A stretch of DNA of 64,000 nucleotides from the human T2T-CHM13v2.0 reference genome, Homo sapiens. The stretch lies in assembly GCF_009914755.1 (NCBI RefSeq), contig NC_060930.1. One strand, given 5' to 3'. The number at the start of each line of letters is the position of its first letter. Position 1 is the stretch's first letter. This document shows, piece by piece, positions 15,812 through 30,101 of the stretch. A program made the position numbers and the translations under genes. The notes beneath the pieces were generated by a model. The model ran no database searches and was not told the origin of the DNA. It was given only the letters and a program-made list of their open reading frames with translations.

Positions 15812-16700
15812 TCTCTGATAATGGTTTTGAAAGCTCTAGGCATTTGCTACAATTTATTTACAGAGTGGGCACCAAATAACTATATGAAGAATGGATGAAT
15901 GCAAGAGTGACTAAATAAAGAGATAAATAAAAACTAGAAAGTCTTTCAGCTAATGGACAAAATAAATACAGAGCAAACGCTTACTTTTAAAAACTCTTGG
16001 AAACAGTCAATTGTCCTCATTTTAAAAGCTTTTTTTTTTTTTGAAAAATTTGGAGACATCTGTTTGCTTATGCTTGTAACTTTAAAAATCACACACATAA
16101 AAAATGGTTATGTTTTCTCCTAGCAAAATTGTTCCTAGTTCACATGAGAAAATTAGTTCTATTGGTGCTTCCTGACATCCTGCAAAGGCTGCAGGACTTT
16201 TTCCACATGATAATACCACACAAGTGCTGGCTCCTGAGCTGCTTTAGAATGGCAGGTACTGAGTAGAGATCATTGGAGGAACATGTGAGTGTCTCCTCTC
16301 TCCCCTAGGCCTTACTCCAGGATCTCCAAGGCGGGCCTCCCTGCATGAGGAAGGCCCCATTCCACAGGGAATGCTGCATACACTCAACACCTGGTGACCA
16401 GAGATTCAAGAGATTCCATGCCACTAGGTGAGGGCCACACTCAGGCCACTGGCCCACTTCAGGCCAGTGGCCCACATGCTGCCCTAAGCAACCCCCATGC
16501 ATTGATGGGACTACAGAGGAGAAAGAACATTTACCAACAGCTACTAGGTCTGGACGTGGGCCATGCATTCTCACAAACATTGCTACAGATGTCAATCCCC
16601 CCAGTGCAGTGTTTTATATGTGACTGTACTTAATAGAAGGAGCAGTATAATCATAGTGTATTCACTTTGCAAAGGGGATACTGAAGTTCAGAGAGAGGAT

Positions 16701-16702
16701 GT

Positions 16703-16754
<52 letters not shown>
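16701..16754. repeat. Compound microsatellite (GT)13(GA)14
   Basis: Directly visible. Confidence 0.95.
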
Positions 16755-18518
16755 ACAAGCAACACATGGGAAGGCAGAGAAAAATTCTATGTCTGATTGT
16801 AATGAAATTTTCTTTTCTCATCAAAATATTTTGATAGCATGGGGAAAGAGACGTGTGCTCATTAAAGTTTAATGACTGTCTCTCTCTGCCTGTTTCCATG
16901 TGAGGATCACACACTCTGACTCACATATGGTGGGTGCTGGGAATGGTTGACTGGGAGCACTATTGAGCCCAGGCCCCATCTTTATCACCACAGGGACCAG
17001 TAAAATCCACGACTGGGTCCACTGGGATGCACAAACAGGAAGCCACTGGCCTGCTTTGGTTGACGGTGACTTGGATTCAGACATGTGAGCCCAGTATTGT
17101 TCCAGATTGGCCTAGATTTGATCTAAAGGGGAATCAGGTAAGAACAGCTGGAAACTAGCTTTTAGGAAACTCCAGTTCCAAGGCTGAGTTGGGTACTTCC
17201 TGGAGAAGACAATGCTTTGGGCAAAGGCTTTGAAGAGAAGGGAGGAAGAAAAAGCGGCTCCGACTTGTGGGAGAGCAGAGTTGACAATCATGTTACATTC
17301 CCACTCTAGAAACTCCCTTGAAGCCTCTTTGTTCAGAGAGTCGATGATAAAGCTCTCATCCAAAATTGTAGACTCCCCTCCACATAGCCTCAAGCTATCT
17401 TTTTCAGGTTACCCTTACTCATCCCTGCTCCCAGCCTCCACCCCAGCCAAGGCACGCTTCTCACTGCTCTACATACTGCCGTCCACCTCCCCTCTAGCCC
17501 TTGCTAACATTTTCTTCCTAGTATCTGAAGGGGTCTCTCCATCCATCTCTACTGGTTGAACGTTATCTGTTCATTGGAGACCATTCATCTTTCTACAGTC
17601 TTAATTCTTGATGTCCCACACCACTCAAGTGTGTGTGATCTCTCCTCCCTTGAATACAAAACTCTCTGCAAAGTCAATGACCACCTCTGCTTTTTGTGAT
17701 AGTTCCATTGTAGCCCAGCGGCTGCCAGCACAGGCTTCCAAGTCAGGAAGACCTGGGCCAGAAGTGTCTCTCCTTCCCTCAACAGGCACGTGATCACGGG
17801 CCAGTTACTAATAAACAGCAATAATGGCAATAATAGCAGCAACCAACATATGTAGGTGTGCACTGTGACTCGGGCATCCAATGACTCATAAAAAACTCAC
17901 AAGGACCCCAGGAGGAGAGTTACCATTGCTTTTGACTTACAGATGAGAATGCAGAAGCCAACAGAGGTGAAATGATCTGTCCAGGTTTACACAGTTATGA
18001 TGTTCAGAAAACAAGCTTTAAACTCAGATAATTTGGTTCCAGAGCCCATGTTCTGACCACTGTGCTACAAGGCACTGCCTTCTCTGGTCCTCTCAGTTTT
18101 CTAATCAGTAAAATAGGGTTATAGTAACGTCCTCCTTGTAGGATGGTATAGAGGGTTAAATAAGATCATAGAAGAGAGGCGTTTAATAATGTAGTGCTTA
18201 ATAAATCATAGCTGCTGTCATCATAATCACCAGGGGCTGGTCCCAACCCTTATCTTGACTGAGCTGAGCAGGAAGGGCTGTGGTCTCCTCTCTGTCTCTC
18301 ACATAATTTCACCCTGTGCCTGGCACATTTGCCCACAGCAACCTTGAGGCTCAGTCAGTTGTGTGTCCATCCAGGCTCAAAGAGGTTGAAAAAGGGTGTG
18401 AGCGTTTTCTTAGAATTTAGAGAAACATATCCTGTGTAATTCTGGACCTCTGAGCCATTGTGGTTTCGTACTTTTACTGCATTTAGCTCCCTTTCCAAGT
18501 CCTCATTTTTAAAAAACC

Positions 18519-19373
18519 TTTTATTTTAAGTTCAGGGGTACATGTGCAGGTTTGTTATATAGGTAAACTCATGTCATGAGGGTTGTACAGATTATTTTGT
18601 CACAAAGATATTAAACCTAGTAGCCATTAGTTATTTTTCCTGATCCTCTCCCTCCTCCCACGCCGCACCCTGCACCCTCCAATAGGACCCTGTGTGTGTT
18701 GTTTCCCTCTATATATCCACATGTTCCCATCTTTTAGCTCCCACTTATAAGTGAGAACGTGCAGTATTCGGTTTTCTCTTCCTGTGTTAGTTTGCTAAGA
18801 TAATGGTCTCTGGCTCCATTCGTGTTCCTGCGAAGGACATGACCTCATCCTTTTTTACAGCTATGGCTGCATTGTGTCCAGTCTACCATTGATGGGCATT
18901 TAGGTTGATTCCATGTGTGTGCTATTGTGAATAGTGCTGCAATAAACATATATGTGCATGTATCTTTATGATAGAATGATTTATATTCCTTTGGGTATCT
19001 ACGCAGTAATGGGATTACTGGGTCAAATGGTAGTTCTGTGTTTAGCTCTTTCAGGAATGGCCACACTGTTTTCCACAATGATTGAACTAGTTTACACTCC
19101 CACCAACCGTATATAAGTGTTCCTTTTTCTCCACAACCCCACGAGTACCAGTTATTTTTTGACTTTTTAATTATAGCTATTCTGACTGGTATGAGATGGT
19201 ATCTCATGGTGGCTTTGATTTGCATTTCTCTGATGATTGGTGATGTTGCCAATAACCAGCATCTATAAGGAACTTGAACATGTTTACAGGAAAAAAACCA
19301 AACAACCCCATTAAAAAGTGGGCAAGGGACATGAACATAGATATGGCCAACAAGCATATGAAAAAAAAAGCCC
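18519..19373 (-). mobile_element. Older L1PA 3' end with an inverted 5' segment (about 19249-19373)
   Basis: ORF 18845..19429 contains the ORF2 C-terminal IREMQIKATMRYHL...QPKCPS. The adjacent + strand segment is the directly upstream L1 sequence. Confidence 0.85.
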
Positions 19374-19670
19374 ATGGAGGCTATAATTCTTAAGAAACTA
19401 ATGCAGGAACAGAAAACGTAATACCGCATGTTCTCACTTATAGGTGGGAGCTAAATGAGGAGAACTTACGAACACACAGAAGGAAACAAACAGACACTGG
19501 GGTCTACTGGAGTGGGGAGGATGGGAGGAGGGAGAGGAGCAGAAAAGATAACTACTGGGTACCGGGCTTAGTACCTGGGTGATGTAACAATATGTACAGC
19601 AAACCCCTGTGACACGTGTTTATCTACATAACAAACCTTCATATGTACCCTCAAATCTAAAATAAAAATA
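19374..19670 (+). mobile_element. Second older L1PA 3' end
   Basis: ccgcatgttctcacttataggtgggagctaaatg...atgtaccctcaaatctaaaataaaa. Confidence 0.85.
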
Positions 19671-19794
19671 GAAAGACAGGAAAGGAAGGAAGGAAGGAAG
19701 GAGAAAAAATAACTCTTAATTGAGTTGTGTTTTATACAATTTATCTGACCCCTCTCCCTAGGCCTCCTTTGGAATATTTCAACTTGAAGTTTTC

Positions 19795-20040
19795 TTATTA
19801 CTCTCCTCTCCCCGTTTTTCTCTTCTCCTCCCCATTCTCGCTCCTTTTTCTCTCTTGTCCCTTCCTCTTCTCTTCTGTTCTCTCCTCTCCCCTCCTGTGC
19901 CTTCCTCTTTTCTTTCCTCTTTTTCTCCTCTCCATCTTCCCCTCCCCTCCCCTCCCTCCATCCTTTTCTCCTCTGTTCTCTCCTCTCCCCTCTGTTCTTC
20001 TCTCCTCTCCCTCCCTTCCCCTCCCTCCTTCCCTCCCCTG
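19795..20040. repeat. CT-rich polypyrimidine low-complexity tract
   Basis: About 245 nt of almost pure C/T on the + strand. Confidence 0.9.
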
Positions 20041-21269
20041 CTATGACTCTGCATTTCACCTCTCCAGGAGGCTAGGCAGGTCCCCAGTCCACAGGCCGGA
20101 GCTTCTGCACTCAGGGCCTCTCACAGCTCCGTGACTCCTGGGTGGTCCTTAGGGTGTGAGTGCTTTACCCAGGAGCACTTCTACTCCATTTGGATTTAGG
20201 TTATCCTTGGAGTTAGTTGGGCTAATGGTTAAAGGACAGTTTATGGGATGATGCCCCATTCCACCTTTTTGAACAAACTTGGCATGGACAGAAGCCAGAA
20301 TCTCCATCTCTCTCATGCTCTCTTCCCTATCAAATGTCCCTACCTCTAAATAAGTTTCCTCCAGGAACAGCATCTCTGGTTCCTTTGTGGAAGGAAACAC
20401 AAAACAATATAACTCTCCATTTAAAGTACTCTCTACATGCCCAGGTCTGCTAACTTGTGGGATAAGGTATTCTGATTGTGCCCTGGGGAATTAAACTGCT
20501 CTTTAAGTAAACCCAGAAGATAACTAACAAATAATCCTGCAAATTAATAGTGCCTAAAAGATGAAAGTTATCAGTTTCCTTCATACATCCGGTTTATTAT
20601 CAGTGGTGCAATTAAATTCTATTTTCTGCTGTGGTTTGAGCACTTCACAGCTTGGGAAGCCTCTCTCCTGAGACCTTCACAGGGACAGGCCGTCACTTCA
20701 TAATTAGGTACGCACACAGGCCTTGCTGCTGTCAGGGAAGGTTCAGGGTTGAGCTCATAAATGAAACCTGCGCAATAGCCCAGAAGGGTAGCAAAAGCTG
20801 CTTCCACCAAGCAGCTGGGACAGGCCTGCAGCAGGGGGTCCCACATGTCTATAGGAAGAGCCAGCTGTGAAGAACAGCTTCGGGGTTAGGGCATCCTGCA
20901 CCTTAAGCTATTAACTTCACGTTCTCATGGATGATGGTACCTCTGCAGCAACCCTAATCCCCACCTCTCCATTTTGCATTTGTTTCTCCCTTTGCCTGCC
21001 AACCCTGCACAGCCTCGTTTTCATTCTTTTCAGGCGTCCTGTGCACACAACGCCATGGTGGGCCTGTGGGCCATGACAGAGGCGAAGGAAACAAAGAGAC
21101 ATGACAATGTAGGCCTTTGTAGAAAAGAAGGGCCTGGTGTTCTGCTCCCTGATGGGCATTACATGCCCGTGAGTTTGGGTGGGACTTGCCTTGGGGTGGC
21201 TCACTGTGTCAATTACACAGGACCAGACCATAAGAACGTTCAGTTGAAGGAGCTGGTTCCCAGCCCTGC

Positions 21270-21480
21270 TTTTGCAGCCAGCCTGCTGGGGTTGGAAGCC
21301 CAGCTCCGCCATTTGCTGGCTGTATGGCCTTGGAGGAGTTATAGAACCTCTCTGTGCTTCAGTTTTCTCATCTGTAAAGTGATGCCAGTACTCTTTACCT
21401 TGTGGGGTTGTTGGTGGTTGAAAATGCAACCATGTAAAGTGCTTTAAGAACAGCGTCTGGAGCCCAGTAGTTACCCAAGA
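21270..21480 (+). mobile_element. MIR
   Basis: ggctgtatggccttgg...ctctctgtgcttcagttttctcatctgtaaagtg. Confidence 0.75.
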
Positions 21481-22581
21481 AACACTGCCATTCTGAATGC
21501 TGCACAGCAGTCATTGGCTTTCCAAATGACTCACAGCAAAGGATTCACGAGAAGCAAGGACTACCTACCCTCACCCTGCCCACCTCTAGGACCATTAAAA
21601 TGTGATCAACTTTATAAAGCTTTGATTTATCTACCACTTTAGAGCAATGTAGTTTAGCAGGATCTGTGCTAATTGCTCTTAATCACTTCAAGAAGATTGT
21701 TCTCCAGAGACTAGGGAAGGGCTCTAAGACCTGGATAAGGGCTGCATGAGATGTCACTCCTCAGGGTCACTGCCAGAAGCCTGGGTTCCTGCTTCCAGGG
21801 CAGGAAGGCGTCTCATGGATGCAACCACAGATGCCCCCAGAAGCTACAGCTGTGGGCCTGAGAAGTAGGAGCACAGAGGCTCCCACATTTATCTTCCACT
21901 CTCATCAACCCTCGGCCTTCCTCTGCCAAGTCTCTTGAGCCATTTGGGCAGAGATTTCTGGTGATCACTGGAGAGGCATCATGAAAACTACTGGTCAAAT
22001 GGGCAAAACAAACCTATGGTGATAAAAGTCAGAAAAGTTACTATCTTGGTGATAGTCTAGGGGGTTATTGGCTGTAAAAGGCAAGAGGGAACCTTCTAGG
22101 GGTGTTGGAAATCCTCCATTTCTTCATCTGGCTTGTGGTTGCAAGGCACACGCACATACAAAATCATCATCAAGCTGTATATTTTGATCTGTGCAATCTA
22201 CTATCCACAATTATACCTCCATAAACAATATTACTGTCCAAAATGTTGCAGGCAGTTTATCTACCTCTTATAGCATGCCTGACCCACTTTATTCTGGAGA
22301 CACTGAAAGTTCTAAGTATCTGTAGCCATTACACATCTTTATCTTCCTCCACAAGTGTGTTTATACCCACAGGTTATATTTATATCTGCAGCCACATCTA
22401 TATATTTAAATCTGGAGAGGAGAGGAAAGTGTTATATGTATGTGTCTATATATAGGGCAGTTTACTTCTTTCAAAGAACAAGAGGATCCTAGCACTGGTA
22501 TTTTTTTTTTTTTTTTTTGAGCAGGACATTCATTCACACACACACACACATACAAGCACACATATGCACACATGAACACTA

Positions 22582-22821
<240 letters not shown>

Positions 22822-24202
22822 TCAAGACTTGAGACAGGGTCTGCTTTACTTTTCTCCAAGTTTCCCTACCCCTCCCACATTAGCCTGGAAGCCACCAGGA
22901 ACACAGCAAAGGTAAGGGGCAAGTGGAACAAAGAGTCAATTGGGGATAAGCTGTCCTGCTTCTTAGGTAAAGAATGTGCTGGAAATTTAATATTCATTGA
23001 AGTCTCACTGGAGAAAATGTGTCAAACCTTCCAAACAGTTCTTTTGCTGTTGTAAAAGAAATGCCATGGAAAAGATGTGATTTTCATGGCAAAGAAGGAC
23101 CAATGGGTTTTAATGGTGGCTTTGATTTGGGCCGGGATCATCCCAAAATGGAACATGTGGGGTGCTGAAGTCCAAGGCCCCCATTCCACATAGGATCCCT
23201 TGTCAAATAAGAAGTGTCTCACCTAGGCCATGGGCCACACTCAGACTAAATTGTCAACTACCTACACATTTTCTCTGTAGCATTCCACATTTTCTCTCCA
23301 ATCTGATATGATTTTTCTATTTAAGAGAAGGAAGCTGTTGAAACCAGTTTCTACCAAAGGCATTCAACTATCTCCGAACCTCTGTTTGTGATTTAGAAGA
23401 CCTCTGTGCCAAACAATTGTTTTCTCAATGGAAACCAGTCACTGATGTCAGATTTCTAGGTCCTGGGGACAAGCCAATGAGAATGGCATTTGGAAGATGG
23501 AGAGTGGTCCTGGCTCCCCTCCAATTACCATCTGGGCTGAGGATGGTGAGTTCTATCTTGTGGCTCTGGCTCACTTTCTCTCTAACTCCCATTTCCCACT
23601 GTCCAGGATTCTAGAGAGCAATGGGCAGTTTTTCTGTAGGCTGAGCCCAGGTGTGCACCCACTGCTACCTGGTTGGAGCCAGATGCCTGTATGTGCCGAC
23701 AGCTGGCAGACTCCGCAGGTGAATGGGTGACTCATTCCTCCATCCCCAGCCACAGAGAACAGACTCTATGAACCTTCACAGAACTGAATGTCTTTACTGC
23801 TTTCCTTCTCAGTTTCTGGCTTTTGCCAAAGACTTCCCCTTCCTGTGGAAGTTATTGAAGGAAACAGCTTCATGGCCAACAGTTTGAGCACAGAGGGTAA
23901 TTCATTTTAGCCTGCTGTACTGAACAGCAGTTTTGCAGCAGGGTGGGGTGCCTGTGGATGGGCATGCACCAGAGCAGAGGGCAGGGCCCCTGACTCCCCA
24001 CTGGCTCGAAGGTGTGGGTGCATTGAGCCATGCCCATCATCTGTGGAGGAACTCTCACACCTGCGATGGATCTGCAGCAGCTTGCTCTGGACCTTGAAGA
24101 CCAAGAGGCTGGGAAAGCCTCTGTCTTGGGCAGCACTTCTATTTGGAAGTCTCTTTGCAGATGCGTAAGTGCTGTGCCTTGCTTCCAGGACTTCTGATTG
24201 AA

Positions 24203-24368
24203 GAGTTCTCAGTCATGGCTCTATATCACAATCACCTGGGGACCCTTAAAGACCTACCAAGCTGGCTCTCATTCCAGGCCAATTAAATCAGAGCCTTGGA
24301 GGACCTAGACATCTGTATTTTTAACAGCTCTGCAGCTGACTCTGATGTGCAGCCAGGGTTGAGAAGGG
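24203..24368. mobile_element. MER5-family element
   Basis: gttctcag...aatcacctgggg...aattaaatcagag...tctgatgtgcagccagggttgagaa. Confidence 0.7.
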
Positions 24369-24475
24369 CCACTCCAACAACCAGGGGCATCCCTGTAGAA
24401 TCAGCCCTGCAGACAGCCTGGGTTCCAGTGGAAGGGATGGCTTTCCAGTCCAGGTCTTTGCTGTTCCTCCTGCGG

Positions 24476-24607
24476 TCTGCACACCAGCAGCACCATCATC
24501 ACCTGGGAGCTTGTTACAGATGCAGATTCTCTGACTTCTTACTGCACCAGTGAAGTCAGGATCTGCATTTGAATAAGACCCCAGACAATGCCTATTGAAG
24601 TGTGAGA
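24476..24607 (-). ncRNA. MIR7853: Antisense-overlapping pre-miRNA, MIR7853 (mature 5p about 24572-24552, UCAAAUGCAGAUCCUGACUUC)
   Basis: The same palindromic hairpin read on the F13A1 sense strand. Name and boundaries are recalled and approximate. Confidence 0.6.
24506..24581 (+). ncRNA. MIR5683: pre-miRNA hairpin, MIR5683 (mature about 24515-24538, UACAGAUGCAGAUUCUCUGACUUC)
   Basis: Visible stem: atgcagattctctgacttc pairs with gaagtcaggatctgcat. Sequence and location in an F13A1 intron match my recollection of hsa-mir-5683. Confidence 0.8.
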
Positions 24608-24660
24608 TACTCTGAGAGACAGGAGGTTCTAACAGCAGAAGGGGTAAGTTAGGGCAGAGT

Positions 24661-24756
24661 TAGGGTGGACTGAGAACTACCTGGGTTTTAAATTGAAAGG
24701 CCTGCATCCTGAGAACCCCATCAATCCCTGGAAAACTAGAAAGGTTGGTCATCCTA
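24661..24756. mobile_element. MER81-like hAT-Blackjack MITE
   Basis: Terminal inverted repeats tagggtggac ... ggttggtcatccta, with internal tgaaaggcctgcatcctgagaacccc. Confidence 0.6.
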
Positions 24757-24759
24757 GAC

Positions 24760-24976
24760 TAGTAGTTGTCAATAGGAGGCAATGTTATCCCCAGGGGACA
24801 TTTGGCAATGTCTGGAGAACTTTTTGATTGTCACAACTGGGGTGGAGGGTGGGTTACTACTGGAATCTGGTGGATAGGGGCCAAAAATGCAGTTAAACAT
24901 CCTACAATGCACAGGATAGTCCCACAACAAAGTATCCAGCCCATAATGTCAATGGTGCTGAAACCAAGAAACCCCG
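24760..24976. mobile_element. MER20
   Basis: ccccaggggacatttggcaatgtctggaga...tgtcacaactgggg...aaacatcctacaatgcacagga. Confidence 0.8.
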
Positions 24977-26559
24977 CATAGGGCAGGTGGATTATTAGAA
25001 TGTATTGGCCTATTTTGGGCAAGCGCTAAAGAGCTAGCTTTGTTGGCTTGATTCCTGGGGCAGAGCTATTCCATTTAGAGCTGACTCTTTAAAGCTATGA
25101 CCTTGCCTTGACCTTGGCCCCCAGGTCCTGCCTTTTGGAATGACCCGCTCTCGTATTGCTGTCTTTGGACCTAAGCCTGGACCCTGCTTCCTCCATGGCT
25201 CCCCTTGCAATTAATTGTTTAGATGAGTGAGGTTCTGGCCCTCTATTGGTTACAGCCTCAGATGAGCACAAATGGTCAGTTTATCGTGTCTCTAGATAGA
25301 ATGGATGAAGTGGCAAGGTGGAAGGCCTCGAAGAAGATGCCTTTTGCCTCTAGCTGTTTCCAGTAATAACAATAATAAAATGACTTCTTCTGACTATTTC
25401 TAGAGGACTATGTTTGACCACTGGATTTCTTTTGGCTAATGGGATATGATTTCTTTACAGAGGCTCTTGCTACCTTTATAATCTCAGTATCAGGACCCCT
25501 TTCTTCTCTGAGGTAGAACACTCCCTAAATCATAGCACTAAAGAAACCAGGCTGTGCTTCAGAGCCCAAGAGAACAGTGCTTCTGAAATAGTATGTTATG
25601 TAAGTGCTGTGTTTTGCCACTGCACAAGAAATTGTTCTAGATAAAGTTTATTAAACGTGGCAGGAGAAGGAGGAATAGGTTTTCGCTCTATGAGCGGTAG
25701 GGCTGGGATGCTGCCAATATCATTTACGGTGTCTGGGGAAAGCCAAGGGAGACACAGACTGGAGCTGCCTCATCTCTTTTCCAAAAAGCAAAGAAAACTA
25801 AATATAGCCAAGTGGAAATGATAGCACCTTTGAAGGTACGGAGAGGTTTAAGTTATTCAGATCTCCCAAGCTGATTCCAGCACACACATTCCCTTTAATC
25901 ATCAATCTGGAAAGTATGCCTCCCATTCTACTTGGAAAGCTTTCTTTGCAGCAGAGGCATCTAAGAATGCTTGATCAAGGCCTGAAGTTATGTGGCTTTT
26001 TGCAATACACTGCAATTTAATTTATATTTCAATATACAATTTATTGGTCACAGTTAATACCACCTGCCTGCAGGGCAAAGGAACAAAGAGTCTCCAGTTC
26101 CCTTCAAGTTATTCAGGACAACCTGGGGCTGGCCAAGCGAATGGGAGATGTGTTCCTATGGACTCAGGCATAGGTTTGGTCAGCTGTCCCTAGGTCGATG
26201 ACTGAGAGAATGATATCATTCTACTCACCCATACAAGCTCATTCTTTAATTGGATTAAAGAGGGAAGGGGAAGGAGATTATGAGACAGGACACTTGTGAG
26301 GTGGGAAAAGGGCTGGCATTTGGTTCTTTGTCTAAGGATCTGTGCTAGACTCCAGGTAATGGGAGCACAAGGAAGGGACCTGGCCCACTTGGGGCCAAGT
26401 TTACCCTGAACTGGCTCACTGTCACTGCTATTATCTGTCTACTCTATTATCTGCTTTGCCTCTCATTGCTGTGTGGGGGCTTGAACACATCGACTCATCT
26501 CTCGAGCTTCAGTTTCCCCAAATGTAAACATGTTGGAAGTTACCATTTACTAAGATTCT

Positions 26560-27320
26560 ACCATGTGGCACACATTTCACATTCATCACTCATTTGGCTT
26601 CCTCCATACCCTCCTTCTCTCACACCACATATCCAGTCTCTCAGCCAATCAGGCGGGCTCCACCTTCAGCACATGCCCAGATCGGACTGGTTCTCGCTGC
26701 TTCCATCACTGCTATCAACCCCTTTCAGTGGAGTGATTGCAGAAGCATCCTACCAGTCTCTAACCTTCCGCCCTACTTCCTCTTTAGTCTCTTCTCAACA
26801 CAGCAGCCAGTGGTCTTTTCAAAACCTAAGGTAGATTATGCCACATTTCTGCTCAAAACTCTCTAAAGGCTCCTCAGCTCACTCAAAATAAAAACCAAAG
26901 GCCTTATAAAGGCCTACAATTCTTTATATGGTCTGCACCCAGCACTGCCCCCTTGCCACCTTTGTTCCTGATTCTGGCTCCTTCCTGCTCATTGAACACA
27001 TCAGACATGCTCTGGCCCCAGGGCCTTTGCACATACAGTTTCTTCTGGCTGGAATGCTCACTTCTGACCTTCACTCAGGTCTCTGTTAAATGTCACCCCA
27101 TTAGAGAGGGTTTTTTTTCTGACCATCTCCACAGGTACTCCCCGTTTTCCTTAACCTGCTTTGTATTTTTCTATTACCCATATAACTATACTATAGATTC
27201 ACTTGTTTGTTTGGTTCCCCCATGAGATCAGAAATTCAGTCAGAATAGGCATTGCTGTGTCTCCAGCATAAAACAGAACCTGGACTTGCAAGCACTAAAT
27301 AAAGGTTAGGGGAATGAATC
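26560..27320 (+). mobile_element. L2 3' fragment
   Basis: acacagcagccagtggtcttttcaaaac...ctgctcaaaactct...cagggcctttgcac. Boundaries approximate. Confidence 0.7.
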
Positions 27321-27623
27321 AAGAACCCCGGGGTGTGTGTGCTGTTTTTCCCCTTTGCGGATGAGGAGAGACAGCTCAGAGTGCTTAAGTACCTTGCTCA
27401 GGAAACACAGCTGGTAGGTGACACAGTCATCGCTTACATCCAGAATTGTCTATTTGCAAAACTCTCTGAAATCAAATGTGGCTGCCTGTTTTAAACAATC
27501 CCCATGACTGTTGTCCTCTTCAGTCCTTTACACTGACTATTCTTTTCCATGAAAATTACCTTTACTACCCTAGGAATAGGAAAAGTGCCAAAGCTTTTAG
27601 TTTCCAAAGAAAACACTACAGTG

Positions 27624-27988
<365 letters not shown>

Positions 27989-28553
27989 TGAGTAAGTTCC
28001 TTGGAATTAGGATTTTAAAAAATAGTTTCTCATTTTTCTGGGAATATTTTCCAAAACCTCAGTAAGGGGACCATGATCTGTGACAGCCACAAAATCCAGA
28101 GAGCTTGAGAGCAATTCAGACTTGTGGCTTGACCATCCCAGGGGAGCGTATTAGTTTTGCTTGCCTTTGCTTTGTCAAAATTATTATTTGTACACTTTTC
28201 TCTTCAGTGCCCCATGTCAGGCCAACAGAAATTGGTGCCCCAAAGTATCGAGGTCCTTTGCAACCTGCTCTAACTCATTCTCTGCCTAGAGACCAGTTTC
28301 TTCCAATGGACTTGTGTTGCCCATCGTGTGGTCAACTGTTGTGCCCACCAAATACGAACATCCTAGGAAATGTGATTTTTTGAGATTGTAATCCCCAAGG
28401 CAAGCTGTAGCACGTGGACCCTGATCTGCTTAAAATATTCTGAGTTTTTACAGTGATGAAAATGCTTGGAAGGATGTGCATGCAAGGACGAGAAAGAGGC
28501 CCCACAAGAGATGGCAGAGGCAGAAAACCTCTTCCTAGGCCCCTCCTAGATGA

Positions 28554-28862
<309 letters not shown>

Positions 28863-29019
28863 AGACAGCGTTTTAAGAAGCGGCCTATGTCAGCGCGTGT
28901 ATCTTTTTGAATGGGAAAGCAAAGCACACCATTCATTCTGGACAGCCCCCAAAAGACTTTCCTAACTTGGGCGAGAGGCACCAGCAGAGGGCCTGTTTCT
29001 GAGATGGATCATTTAGATC

Positions 29020-29182
29020 CATGCTCCACAAACTCTCCTGTACACTCCAGTCTGCTTGGGATCTTGTCAAAACATGGATTTTGATTCAGAGGGTGTGGGG
29101 TGGGACATGAGATTCTACATTTTTTACAAACTCCTGGGGAATGCTGATGCAGCTGGCTCATGGACCACACTTTGAGTAGCAA
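29020..29182. mobile_element. MER5A1-like element
   Basis: gggatcttgtcaaaa...gattcaga...atgctgatgcagctgg...ggaccacactttgagtagca. Confidence 0.7.
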
Positions 29183-29219
29183 GAAGTTACATTTAATTCT
29201 CACAACTCATGGGGCTCTA

Positions 29220-30101
<882 letters not shown>

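Larger units (their letters stand above)
24456..24614. mobile_element. MER5A1-like MITE hosting the miRNA hairpin
   Basis: accagcagcaccatcatcacctgggagcttgtta...atctgcattt...aagaccccag...tgaagtgtgaga. Confidence 0.75.

Noticed and set aside
19568-20134. Long R/E/G-rich and P/L/S-rich ORFs
   Set aside because: Artefacts of the stop-poor CT low-complexity tract.
20917-21447. 157-170 aa ORFs on both strands
   Set aside because: Partly MIR-derived, with no recognisable protein similarity.
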